DNA from: Macrostomum hystrix | Taxonomy: Eukaryota; Animalia; Platyhelminthes | NCBI GenBank assembly: GCA_950097015.1 | Contig: CATNEN010000038.1 | Span: forward strand, 7,564,001 to 7,628,000 | DNA: 64,000 nucleotides | Direction: 5' to 3' | In this document: positions 1-11,900 of the stretch, piece by piece | Numbering within the stretch: position 1 is the first letter of the stretch | Layout: each line of letters begins with the position of its first letter | Notes under the pieces: generated by a model | Databases searched by the model: none | The model's input: only the letters and a program-made list of their open reading frames with translations | Told to the model about the DNA's origin: nothing | Position numbers and translations under genes: made by a program

Positions 1-1294
1 AGGGGGGAAATTAGTTCTCTGCTGCTGAGGGGGGGACATTCGTTTTTTATTGCTGAGGGGATAGTATTCACATGTACCTCAGTAGCATTAAGCTGAGTTG
101 TATCAAACGGAAGTTACTTGGGTTATTTTTGCCCCAATGGGGCTCTTGGTGTACTGACCGAATGTCTCAGAATGTATTCAAGCTCAGCCTGACTATTTTT
201 GTATTTAGTGAGAATTCTAATTCTCGTTGACTCGCAATAACGTATATTCGCAATCAGGGAAATTATGACTGACGAAATGAGTTTACGTTTTTGTTTGCTT
301 TCAGGTGTTTTATCCTTCTCCATTGCACAAGATTTTTTTGTCTGACCAGTAGTGCTCCCCGAAGGGGGGCAAAACTTGCTAGTACATACTGTAAATGGTT
401 GGCCTAAATTCCTTACTTATTGCCTTCAGTCACTTAAAGTGACTTATACATTATACCACACCCCTACTCGGGTGGACTGATACAAACTACGAATAGTTTG
501 GGTAGCGTGGCTCTTTGTCACGATATTTCTGGCCTTTTGCCAGTAATATTCTAGATATTTAAATCTAGTTATAGTTTCTGGAGACAATACTCTCAGGTGA
601 TTCAGACAAGTTTTGTCAGGTAATCCAGGCTCTCTGGCCAGTCTGTACTCGGGCTTCCCCGGATCGGTTTTAACGGCTTCCACTTACTTTAGAAATAAGT
701 AAGGCTTTTTAAGTATGCTCACAAAGAGACTGAACTGTTTAAGCTCCAATTTAATGGCAGACCAAACGGTTAACTCCCTGTATGAAAACCCCTCTGTATT
801 TATACCAAAGTTTCTAATGAATATTCTCAGTATATTTCAGTAAAGTAAAACAACGTTTATGTATAGATATTCGTAGCATATACAAAAATATTTCGCGCGC
901 CAATTTAGTTTGGCCAATGAGGGCCCTTTACAACTGCCTCCTCTAAATAAACATTTTGAATGTCGACTCAAGTGAGAAATTTTTAGCACAAAGATGGATA
1001 CAACAATTAGTACATGTAAAACAAGACACAAAGGATTACTAAAACGCACATGCAATAGACAGAATGTTCAGACGCGTAAATATATTGAGCTAGCTGAAAC
1101 TCACACACAGTAAAAGATTATACAGTAAAGCACAATAAATGTTTAAAAATTTCGCATGCAATTTACTCGATATCTCATGCATGCTATCCTGTGATTTGTT
1201 TAATGCTTTCCTTTGAATTATTATGCAAATTTAAAATGTAAATGTAAAAAAGTAATGATTGCTTCCCTGGTCGAAAACGTTAGATTTTAAATAG

Positions 1295-1860
1295 AATTAT
1301 TTTATTTTAAAGCTCAGAGGGGCAGGAAGTAGCCTCAAGCGGAGTGAGGTTGATGGCCTGTAGGTCATTAGTGAAGGTCTTTAAGAGAGTTTCAGTGCGC
1401 GCATGTCCGCGTCGAAAAGGATCGCTTGGCGGATTTAGCACAACGACCGCAAGGGGGTTGGTTTCTCCGCGTCCGTAGCTGCGTAGCACGTGGCCGAGAA
1501 GCCGCTGTCTCCGCGCCCTGAGTATGGAGCTCACCGGCGGGACGCAGGAGCGAGCAGCGAGCGCACGATTTGACAGCCTTTCGGGGTAGCGTACGTCAAG
1601 AGCGAAACGCAGGAAGGCTCTGAAAGTGGCGTCGAGAGCCCGCTTGCGAGATTCCGTGATTGGGAGAGCCTCCAAGCCATAAAGGAATATCGGCTCTACG
1701 GCAGCACGAAACATCCGGATTTTGAGTTGGTCAGGCACGGGCGAGCAGAAGATGGGGCTCAGCTGTCGAGCAGCTGTCCAGGCTTTGCACACGACGATCG
1801 GCGACGATGTCCTCCGGAGAGACCACCAGCGAGCCGAGATACCAAAAATCCGAGCAGACA
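1295..1860 (-). mobile_element. 5'-truncated non-LTR retrotransposon (RTE-like LINE) fragment, C-terminal part of ORF2
   Basis: ORF 1307..1876(-) contains KIRMFRAAVEPIFLYGLEALPIT...LDATFRAFLRFAL...SNRAL...LRARRQRLLGHVLR, the typical post-RT region of RTE-type LINEs. It is a GC-rich island in AT-rich DNA, with an A-rich stretch after the stop. Confidence 0.8.
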
Positions 1861-2328
1861 GAGTTATCAGTAGCAAAGTTATAGACAGAGTTATAGACAG
1901 AGTTGCGTTGATAGTAGAAAATCGAGAGTACTTACTATTTATACTCGAATCTAATAAAAAGCCTAATAAATTAAATAATAATATACTGGAACTTACATTT
2001 TTAACTTCTCATGATAGAAGATTAGACGAAAAAGAAGCAGTAAAAACTGATGCTGAAATATGACCCACATTTGGCGGGCTCTGTTCTGCCAACACTCGCG
2101 GGTGAGAAAAGCACCGATGCAATCTGCAAAAGCAAAACTGACAGTGTCGGGCCCAATTCGAATATTTAATGCCCTTATAACGAAACAAATTACTTCGTAT
2201 TAGAAAATTAACGTGCACCATCTCGATGAGAATGTGAATCTTTTAGAGAAAGAATCGCGAAAATCGGATAACGCATTCGCAAAAACCACAAGACCACTTT
2301 TTACAGTTATTTGACACATTTATTTATA

Positions 2329-2360
<32 letters not shown>

Positions 2361-2374
2361 AACGCGCACGCCAT

Positions 2375-2981
2375 TGTGACGTTGTCACTTACTGCAAGAG
2401 CCCCTATATGAAGTTTAAATTTATGTGGTACTGAATTGGGCCGTTGAACAAATGTAATTACGCTGTCACCAACTTTGCAATTCTGTATATTTCTTAGATT
2501 GTTACTGTAAGTAAACGCCAACGCACATCGCGCTATCCCTAAACTTATCTCGCAGTTGCATTAATGTCAATTCTCTCAGCCAATGAGCGTGCGTGCTCCG
2601 TTTCTCTAGATTATCGATCGCCCTGTTTTTACCACGGGCTAGCTTATTTAACTAGGCCCCCTGGGCCCGCCCGTGCCTCAACCGGCCCACCCCTTTTGTC
2701 ACTGCTCTTGTCCCGGCCACTGTTACTTTCACTGCGACCTACTTACCCACTGTTCTGCCGAGTGTTTCGTTCTGTCATCTCTCTACTGTCATCCGCTGTC
2801 TTCTCTATTGCATCGTCATCATTGAGCTCCTGCACCTGACTTTAATTATATTGCTTGTCGTGTGTCTCAGTGCTAATAAATAAAGATAAAGTGCTACCGC
2901 TACACTAGATTACGCGAACTCTGGACTCTAATTGGAATATTGAACTTCCGCCTGACTCTGTCTGCCGTTAATTTCGTCACA
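2375..2981 (+). mobile_element. Solo LTR (607 bp), probably Gypsy-type
   Basis: Starts TGTGACG (2375) and ends CGTCACA (2981), a 7-bp terminal inverted repeat with TG...CA ends. A 4-bp direct repeat CCAT lies on both sides (2371-2374 and 2982-2985). There is an internal AATAAA near 2875. Confidence 0.85.
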
Positions 2982-3209
2982 CCATGTATGGGTGCTGATT
3001 TTTTCCCTTTATATTATTTTTTTTGACAACAAATATTTTAATGGACAACGAAAAACATAAAAAGCGAAGTTTTGTAAGATTCAACTATTGAGCTGGGAAG
3101 GGAAAAGCAAAGGTACTAAAAATAAGAGCAGTAAAAACACAAGGGACACCAGGAATAAAAAAAGAAGAAATATATATTGTTAAATGATAATACGAGCTCG
3201 TAGTCTCTG

Positions 3210-3590
3210 CTAAGCCCTTGATAATTTATACTTTCCCTCGATAATTTATGATTTTCATCAACAGAATTCATGCTTCCCCCTTGATAATTTGTGCTACATC
3301 TAGAAAGTGCATGCTGTTCTATCGATAATTCATGCTTTTACCTGATAGTTTTTGTATCCCCTCGACAATTCAAGATTTTTCATCGATAACTCATGCTACC
3401 CGGCTTATGATAATTGATGCTTTTTCATCAATAATTCATGCTTTCCTCTCGATAATTCACGCTTCCCCCAAGATAATTCTTTCTCTACCCTCGATAATTC
3501 ATGCTACCCTCTTGATACTTTGTGCTACATCTAAAAAATGCATGATGTTCTGTCGATATTTCATGGATTCCTCGATAATTTTTGTATCCC
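3210..3590. repeat. Degenerate ~21-22 bp minisatellite (core TCGATAATTCATGCT)
   Basis: Repeated tcgataattcatgct-like units; a related array occurs at ~57060-57190. Confidence 0.75.
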
Positions 3591-3604
3591 ATTCATTTGA
3601 GCTT

Positions 3605-3750
3605 TTCGTGCAATTGTTGCTCTTCAGGGCCGACCTCAAAGACACAGTGGAAGTCTACACTACCTGACGATGAGAATGTCATGACAGATGTACTCCTGTG
3701 TGAGCGAGTACTTGCGTATATCTTATCTATTCGAGTCTGCTTAGGAGTCA
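3605..3750 (+). mobile_element. SINE family 1, degenerate internal fragment
   Basis: Contains cgtgcaatt...cagggccgacctc...cacagtg...ctacctgacgatgagaatgtca...agatgtac...tgtgtgagcg, shared with the fuller copies at 18077 and 42757. Confidence 0.65.
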
Positions 3751-3964
3751 CAAGGACCACTGGAATACGTCGTTATAGTAAAGTATCGTCTAGTCTATTA
3801 GTCCTTGCGGAGTCATCGGAATGGGCAGAATCATCTTCTCGCTGGCAACACCACAAATAAATAGAGAGAATAATTCTTTGAAATCTGACGAAATTACTGC
3901 TTTCTTGGGAAACCGAAACCATAACTGAGAAAGCACAAATTGCCAATCACCTTTCGGCGCAGTA

Positions 3965-4505
3965 TATACTCAGCAACAGCTAAAACCCCCCAACTCACGC
4001 TGTCACACGGCCCAAAAGTTTTGTATGCCATCGGTGACTCAGAAATGTGTGAAGGCTGCCGCCGCCAGACGCGAGCGCAAAGTGCGGCATGGGGGATTTG
4101 GGGGGGGTATGCAGAGCTGCTACAGCAGCAGTTTCTGCCATTTGCTACGACAACCTTTGGCGGCCCGCAGAACTGCATGCTTCAAGACGAAAACGCTGCG
4201 CCACATCGAGCAGCACACGTGCAGCTGCTGAAGGAGCAGCTCGGCATTCGCACATTGAACTGGCCGTCAAAGTCTCCAGACATGAACCCCATCGAGCATG
4301 TCTGGGACTTTGTAAAGCGAAGAGTTCAGCAGGATGCCCCAAGAGTTCATCAACCGGGTGGTGATCAGGATGCCACGACGAGTCACGGCACTTTTGCATG
4401 CTCGTGGTTCCTACACACGATACTGAGACTAGAATTAAAGACATTGCTTAACTTTTGTGCCCGTGTGACAGCGTGAGTTGGGGGGTTTAGCTGTTGCTGA
4501 GTATA
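3965..4505 (+). mobile_element. Internally deleted, non-autonomous Tc1/mariner DNA transposon
   Basis: ~55-bp terminal inverted repeats (TACTCAGCAACAGCTAAAACCCCCCAACTCACGCTGTCACACGG at 3967; reverse complement ending at 4503) are flanked by TA. The internal ORF keeps the C-terminal catalytic motifs QDENAAPH...WPSKSPDMNPIEHVW of Tc1 transposases. Confidence 0.9.
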
Positions 4506-5946
4506 TTTACTTTCATCTCAGAATCAGAGTTTCAGTAAGATTTTTTTGGCTTTAAAAAGATGTTTATTGAAATATTAAAATTGTGATATTGGTGGTCAGA
4601 TAGCCAGGATTTGTAGTAATTCTATCAATTGTTTTAAACGGTCAAGTCAAAAGTCTCTCACTAAATAATTTCTTTTTTTATTTCATCATGGTCATGAAGC
4701 CATCAGTGTACTCGTAGTAACTATCTATAGCATTATCAACACTTAACAACACAAAAAACGTTGACCATGCGGGTTAAAAATATTTATATCAAGTAGTGTC
4801 ATTGTCACTGTCACTGTACTGCCACACTACATATGGCTTCTGGCCATCTGATCGCAGATACGAGATCACACAGTGCAGTAACGTACGGAGCGTGAGCTAC
4901 TAAAAAATATGTCCTTAAAAAGCACAGCAAACGCTACAAGATTCACAAAAAACTGCGAAAAAATGGTGTCTGTCCTGCAGCAGCGATGCACAACAGAACG
5001 CACTGCAAAGATTTGGTGGACTTATTAGTGGTAGAAACATATTAAATTACTTAGTTACTGGCATGCAGTTTAAAATTAGCTATACTTTTTTTGTAATTGG
5101 CGTGATGTTGCGGTTTCATTGTTAGTTCGTTTAATAGATAGGCGTGCACGGCTTTTTATGTCGTAGCCTAATTATTGAAAATTAACTGTAAGTGGATTCT
5201 TGTCGCCCGTAGCGCCGTTGGCTAAGCCCCATAAAAGACTTTCTCTGAATAAGCGGTCGTTAGGCAACTAATTACTGAGAATATTGTCTACTCGCCGAAT
5301 ACTAATAGCAGGAACCACTATTCCTACCCAGGATCGTGTCATCTCTAACGGTCGACGAGTAAATAACACACATTAACCTCGATAAGCTAGTTCTCTACGC
5401 TCCACTACAGTTTAACATTGCCGCAAAAAGCTAAAAACTATTTTCAACGACAACATCGTCTGAAAAAGTTATATAACTATTACAACTAATTCGACTCAGA
5501 TGACTCCTACAACTATCGCTATGAAAATCGTCACATGGTATTGTTTGAATTAGATACGCATAGATTTTAGTGAACGATTAATAATTTTTAAGTTACGTAA
5601 CACTCGTAAAAAAGGAAAGAGAGACGACACTTCTAGGATTAAAAGTTTAACTGTAAATTACAAATAGCAAAGAAAACAATTCATGACCTTACATCGAATT
5701 CAGGATTAATCTTTAAAAGGGGTAATTATAGAAGTGCTGTTGAATATGCTACCTGTAACAAAAAACTAAGAAATAGTTCGCTGTAAAAAAATTATACTAA
5801 CCCTTTCTATCAAAACTAGACCATGGCGTACTTTCAAATGTGTTTTGAACTTGATCGCAGGTTGAGAACACTTAGCAGAGGAAAAACATAAAAAAAGTGG
5901 CAACACAGCAAAAAATAATTCCTTTTTTTTCCAAAAATAAAACTTT

Positions 5947-8900
5947 TCAAACGCTTGCTTCACCAATCACTGACGAAACACAGCGCTCAACACCTTCTGC
6001 ACCAAGCAGCGCTTGATGCGCCTGCTCCGCACCGAACACCTCCGACGGAATCCGCGGCCGGCTGCGCTCGCTCGGGTAGCGGCAGTCGTCGACGATGGCT
6101 CTGGCAAGGCTGGCCACGTGATCGGTCAGGCTTATCTGTAGGTCGCTACCTGAGACGCAGCACAGGTGCTGGCTGAGCTGGTGGCTGCGCTCAATCGGCT
6201 GTCCCTGGCTTATCAGCAGAGCCTTGAGCGCCTTCTCAGCCGCCTGCCAGCTGATGTAGCAGGCCCAGTTGTACTCGCCGGACTCAGCGAGGCGGGACGC
6301 CGTGCGCAAATCGTGTTGCGACGTCTTTAGGTACCGAGCAGCATCGTTTGGCAGCGCTCTGGTCACGCACTGGTTGCTCGACCTGCCGCCACGACTCAAA
6401 CTGGTAGTGCTTGAATTCCATACACCACCACCGAAGCCGACACTACCGCCACCTCCAACGCGTCTTCCGCCTCCTCTCCTGTAGTGTCTCGTTCGAACGG
6501 TAAAAACTATCTCTTCGGCTATTAGAATCTGCCTATACCTTGTCACATGGACGACTTCGTCGTGCCACTCATCAACGAAGTTATTGAATTGGTGTGTCCA
6601 CTCGTGATTTGCGGCATACCCTCTCACCTCATTGAAGGAATCTTCCGATTTCGAGTACTGAGCCAGGACACGTTTAAAAGCCTGTCGCTGCTGCTCGGTG
6701 GGCAGGGCTGCTGCACTGCAAAGAAGCTGATCGACCGTTTTTCTGAGGTCCTGACCACTCGGTGGAGACTCAAGGATTTCTGAAACTGATATCTCCTCGA
6801 TCGAATACAAATCAGAAGTTGTCACTCGCCGGCGGTAACCACCGATCTCGATGGTTACTTCGGCAGTCCATGGGTTGTCGCTATCACCGGGGTGTCTTTC
6901 TACAACTTTTGCATAAACAAAGCCACCTTCAGGTGTTCGAAATGCGACAGTTCTGTTCAGTAGATCTTTTGGTTTGTCAGGTAGTTGTCTCAGGAGACAA
7001 TGATCGATGTCGGGAACGCCTTCACCCAAAAGAGAATCATTTGAAAAACTCGGTTCAGCAAATTGTTGCAGTCTTGACTCATGCAGCGAAATCTTTGATC
7101 TGCTAAGTAATTCCAGCATTCCGTCTGGGTTGTCCATCATAAGAACAAGCGTCAAATATCTCTTTTGGTCAGCAGTTAGATTAAAGCCGTTACTGAGGAT
7201 CTGCTGTATTGCTTCACTAAAGTCAATCCGCCACAACTGTTTTTGATTTTCCTCATTTTCATCTTGCGCGGATTGATGATTCATCAACAATTTTTCTCCA
7301 GCAACTAAAAAACTTTTTTCCCCTTCTGAGTCTGGCTGCTCAGCGCCTGAAACTACAAGGCGCGTTTTCAGCTCTGACAAGCAAACAATCGAAAAGCAGG
7401 ATATCAGAGACTTCACTGCTTTTAGTTTTTCATCGCCATGAGTATCAGGGCCATCTTGTTCGAGCAGAAGGATGCTGACAATGCACTTGTGCAGAACTGG
7501 GTGGTTTAGCTCGTCTTCCACACAAAGTCTTAATTGACAGTCTTCTCCATGTTCACACAGTTTGTTGATGTCTGAAATCAGTTTCTCACTCACGTTTTTA
7601 CTCAGTAGTTTTAGACCCATGTCTGTATTCAAACTAAAGTAAAGTCTTCGCTCTTTATCAGTTCCCAGTTTGCAAAAGCTAAGATCAAGGAGCCGCAATT
7701 CTTGAGTGTCCACCAGTCTCTTGCCATACTCCTCAGAGTCGCTTATGGTCAGCTGCCGACAGTCGACTAGTTCGAAGAAATCCTGAAGAGCTTCATTAGC
7801 GTTTCCGTGCCGTTTGCAGAGCGTGGGAAGAAACAGCACCTTTCCAGACTGGAACTGAAGCTTTTCACCTCGCTCTAGCAAGACTATAATATTTGAAATA
7901 ATGTGTGAGACAGAAAACAGTTGTTTTTCGCTGAGAAATTCTGGTTGTTGCTGATCTCGAATCAATTCTAATGCCAGCCGCAGCTGTTCCAGTGTAGCAG
8001 CGTGAGTGGCTCCAAGTGCAGTGAAAAGATTGCGAAAATGGACGAACTCCTTAGGGCAACTAACAATATAAGGTAGAATTTTTGATTTCTTATCAAATGT
8101 GACTCTTTTTGGTGTGACAAAATAGTGCCCCTTCTGAGACGGTATTATGATACACGCAACTTGATTAAAAGCTGAAATCTGGTTAACATGCCCTGAGCGA
8201 TGAATTTCAGAAAGCTTTGCATAGACTGAACGCATTATGTCAAGCCTACGAGTTAAGCAATCACTCTGCAAATCAGAAGTTGTAAATGTCGGCGTGGAAA
8301 AAAGTTTTGCCAGATGTCGCAGAAACTCTGCGTTTGCGACAGTCTGCATGTACTTCACAAAGCAGCTTCCAGAATTGACCCAACTCGGAGCGTAGAATTT
8401 GACGGTCCAGCAGATGTATCGCGAATCGAAAGAGCAGCACTGACTGAGGCTACTCATTTGAGCATCGAAACTTGCACAAAGGCTTCTCAGGACATCGTCA
8501 CTGTTAGCGATGATAAACGGAATTTGTGCAAGCTGAAACACCACTGCATCAGATCGATGACTTTTGAAGTCGACGCTATCAATGAACTCCAGCAGCAATT
8601 CAGACTTTCTGAGAACTTCATCCGTCCCGCCTGTTGCTCCCTGCGCCGCCACTTGATTAGCAAAACTGATTACTGTTTCTCCATCGCACTCAATTATCAA
8701 GCCTGAAATCTTCATTAGCTTTCTCCAGCGCTCATTATTGTAAGGTGCCGGCAAAAAGCTTTCTGGTCCTAGAAAGTCCTTGAAAATTTGGACGTTCTCA
8801 TCGAAAAACGATCGGACCGTCTTCCAGCTCCTTTCCACTGGAATAAGTTCTACTCTTTGCAAAGACCATTCGAGTTCCTTATATAACTCAGCATTTTCCA

Positions 8901-11900
8901 GCTTCGTTCTATCAAAGCTCCAGATTAGATCGCACAACCTCTTAAGGTGCTTCTTCTTTGTCTCGTCACTAAATTGTGAAAACACTGGAAGGATGAATTT
9001 GACGTAAACCTGTAGTTCAGCCATCTTATCACATTTAAGCTTCTTGTACAAAGTATGTAGTGAGACATTGTCTTTCAGAAAGATAGCTCTGCTGAAGCTC
9101 TTCCATTTGTCCATTTCGTCAGATACAAGTTCAGCTGGTAAGATGCAGGCCTGGTCAGAGTTCAAGGCGCAGCACCTGCCATCAGAGATAACAAACACTG
9201 GCCACGTGCGAACAATGCTGAGCAGGCTTGCCTTACCCTGGCTCTGACTCAACTGCTGCCAGTAGTTTTGGATATACAAAAGTACATTCACTGCCTGAGA
9301 CTCGTTTAGCGGCACCACATTTGTGTTTTCACTCAGAGCAAACTGAATAACTCGAAGCATAGATTCTGGCTTCTTGACATTCGCACAGATCTTGTCAATC
9401 AGCTGCAGGTTACTTCCCCACAGCGATGGGGCTTTTATCTGCTGCAGTGTCTCCTGAAGTTTTCTGCTGCAGTCATCGAGATTGACTTTTACGGGCTTGA
9501 AAATGCATGGAGCCTGTGATATGCTTGCAAAACTGCTCTCACTAATGGGAACGAGGTGAGCAGATCCACCAAAAACTGGATCCAGCAGAACTGCCATTGA
9601 ATTATCAGAGTCTGAGCACTCACAGTTCAAAAACTCCCACGCTCTCGCTAACCACTTCTCAATAGCTTCTTCAGTCATACCGAAATCAGACTTTGGTACC
9701 ATCAAATTGTTGGTATTGCAGACACTTGGATGCTCACGGCGCAAAATATTGAAAAAATCTTTAATAAAAAATCGACGAAACAAGTTGGCGTCAATCAAAT
9801 CAGACCTTTCCTCATCAGATAAAGCCAATACGTTCTCTTGGTGCGCAAACTCATGCTTTGCCTCTTTGTGAAGGAACAGATCGTAAAATTCAGTCAGAAA
9901 CAGCGGGTTCTGTCCAAATCCGAAAACAGTCAGCCGGCTTCCTGAACTTAGATTTAAGGGCGTTCCGTGAAGAAGTTTAAGTTCTTGAAGATCTTGAAGC
10001 TCACCTGCTAAATATGCAAGAATGCCAACCACAGCTTCTGAACTAGCGAAAGATGTCCGACTGACATCATTTGGCAAGGAGTCGCACAGTGCCTTTGAAG
10101 CAGAACCGCTCAGAAAAGCTGCGATTGACACAGCATCAGCAACAGGAACGAAGTCCAGCCGGCATGATTGAAGCGACTGGCGAAGACACACTTGGTCAGG
10201 AAAAATAAGTGGAAAGCTTAAATTTCGCAATACCTGCTGCAAAAAGTCACTTAAATTGTGTGGCAAAAGGAATCCAGCGCCTCCATCAACGTCACTCGAG
10301 CTCTGGGCAAGAGGTAGCCACCTCAGCTGCTTCTGGCTATCGTGGCGAACAGGAAAGATTTCTAAGCGGTCGTTGAAAACTTTCTGAAAAAATACACAGA
10401 CAAGCTCATCCCACAGAGTCGGACCATTGGTCACATACTCAGGAAATAGCCTATAAAATTCGCCCAGTTTGTCCACTTGGTTGAAAAATTTCCTTGCTGC
10501 CACCAACAATCTCCCGTAACACTCTGGTAGAAGCTGTGTGGCCAGCAACTGGTTCCACTGCTCTTTGTAATCAGCATCTCCATCCGCCTTCCACAATGAC
10601 CTTCGCGATGGGTCCAAAATAAAGTGCCCATTCAAGTGCACTGGCAAATCCGTGAAAACTGGAAGCGGAAGTAAGCAATAAACGTGACCAACAAACTTGC
10701 AGTCCTTCAAAGCGGTTAGATCGGCAGCAACGCCTGCCTTGGGCAGAAGACGCCATTTTCCTGAGGCCACCTGCTGACGCAACTGCACATCAACTTTACT
10801 GGGACCACCGAGCTGTTGACGGACGAGCCATTTACTTTGTTTGGAAGTGGCAAATGTGCCACTGCAAGTCGTGGTCAGTTCGTAAATCACAGAACTTAAA
10901 GGTAGATCAACGAGCTGTGCTCCTGAACTCAAAAGCGTTTGACTTGCACTTCTACATTCCTCTCTGAAACTAGCAAAGTCACCTGACATATCTACGGTTT
11001 CCGAATTAATAGTGAGCAGTTTTGTCAGCTGCCCACCTTCTGAGACTTCAGAAAGTTGCACTTGTCTGACATTTGCAAGAAACAGCATGGTTCGCCCCAA
11101 CTCATTCTTGAACTGTTGAAACAGAGATTTAATCTCATCAGCGCTGACAGCATTTTCACAAATTAGCGAATGCGCCGCAGCCGTCTTCGACCTCAGAGGA
11201 AGCCGGAAAACTGTTCCGCCGACGTGAGACGGACCTTCCGGATAATATCCCGCAAAGACATCAGCAAAGATCTGTTTTAGTCGTTCTAGTCCTTTAAACA
11301 TTCCGCCAGGAGTAGAAAAATTTGCGCCAGGCATGTACCTGCAGTGCGGATCCATGACACAAAACACTTTGCCATCGGACAGAAATGATGGAACATCCGT
11401 GATGTTGTACACGCAGTTGAATCCGATGCCGTACTGACCAGCCTTCCATGCATCGTCTCGCTTCGATCCAAGTCCAAGGTGCTGAATGCCTTTAATATCC
11501 GCATCGGAGAACACTGAATTGTTATACACAAGCAGAGCGGGTCCTTGCAGATCCTTCCATTCATCACTCAATAACTTTTCTTTTCCGTGAGATCTACGGT
11601 CGAGAATGAAGCGAATTTCAGACGCACCCGCATCATCAGCATTCTGAATGAGCTCCTTGAACAGTTCGATTCCCAGCGGATATCCGGAAATTATGTTTTG
11701 CAGTCTCGTCGTGAGATCCTCATGTTGGCCGAAAGGCAGCGGATGCATCCATTCAGCCAGCATGCTCTCGCGCTGGCTTGGAATTCCGAGCTTCTCGCAC
11801 AAGCCGTAGGAGATGTCTTTGTGACAGAAGTAAGTGCCATTGGGAAGTTGCACTGTAGTCAACCATGGCAAGTTATTGAAGCAAAGCTGGTTCTTTGGTC

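Noticed and set aside
444-683. 79-aa minus-strand ORF and neighbouring short ORFs
   Set aside because: No recognisable motif, splice structure or exon-like composition.
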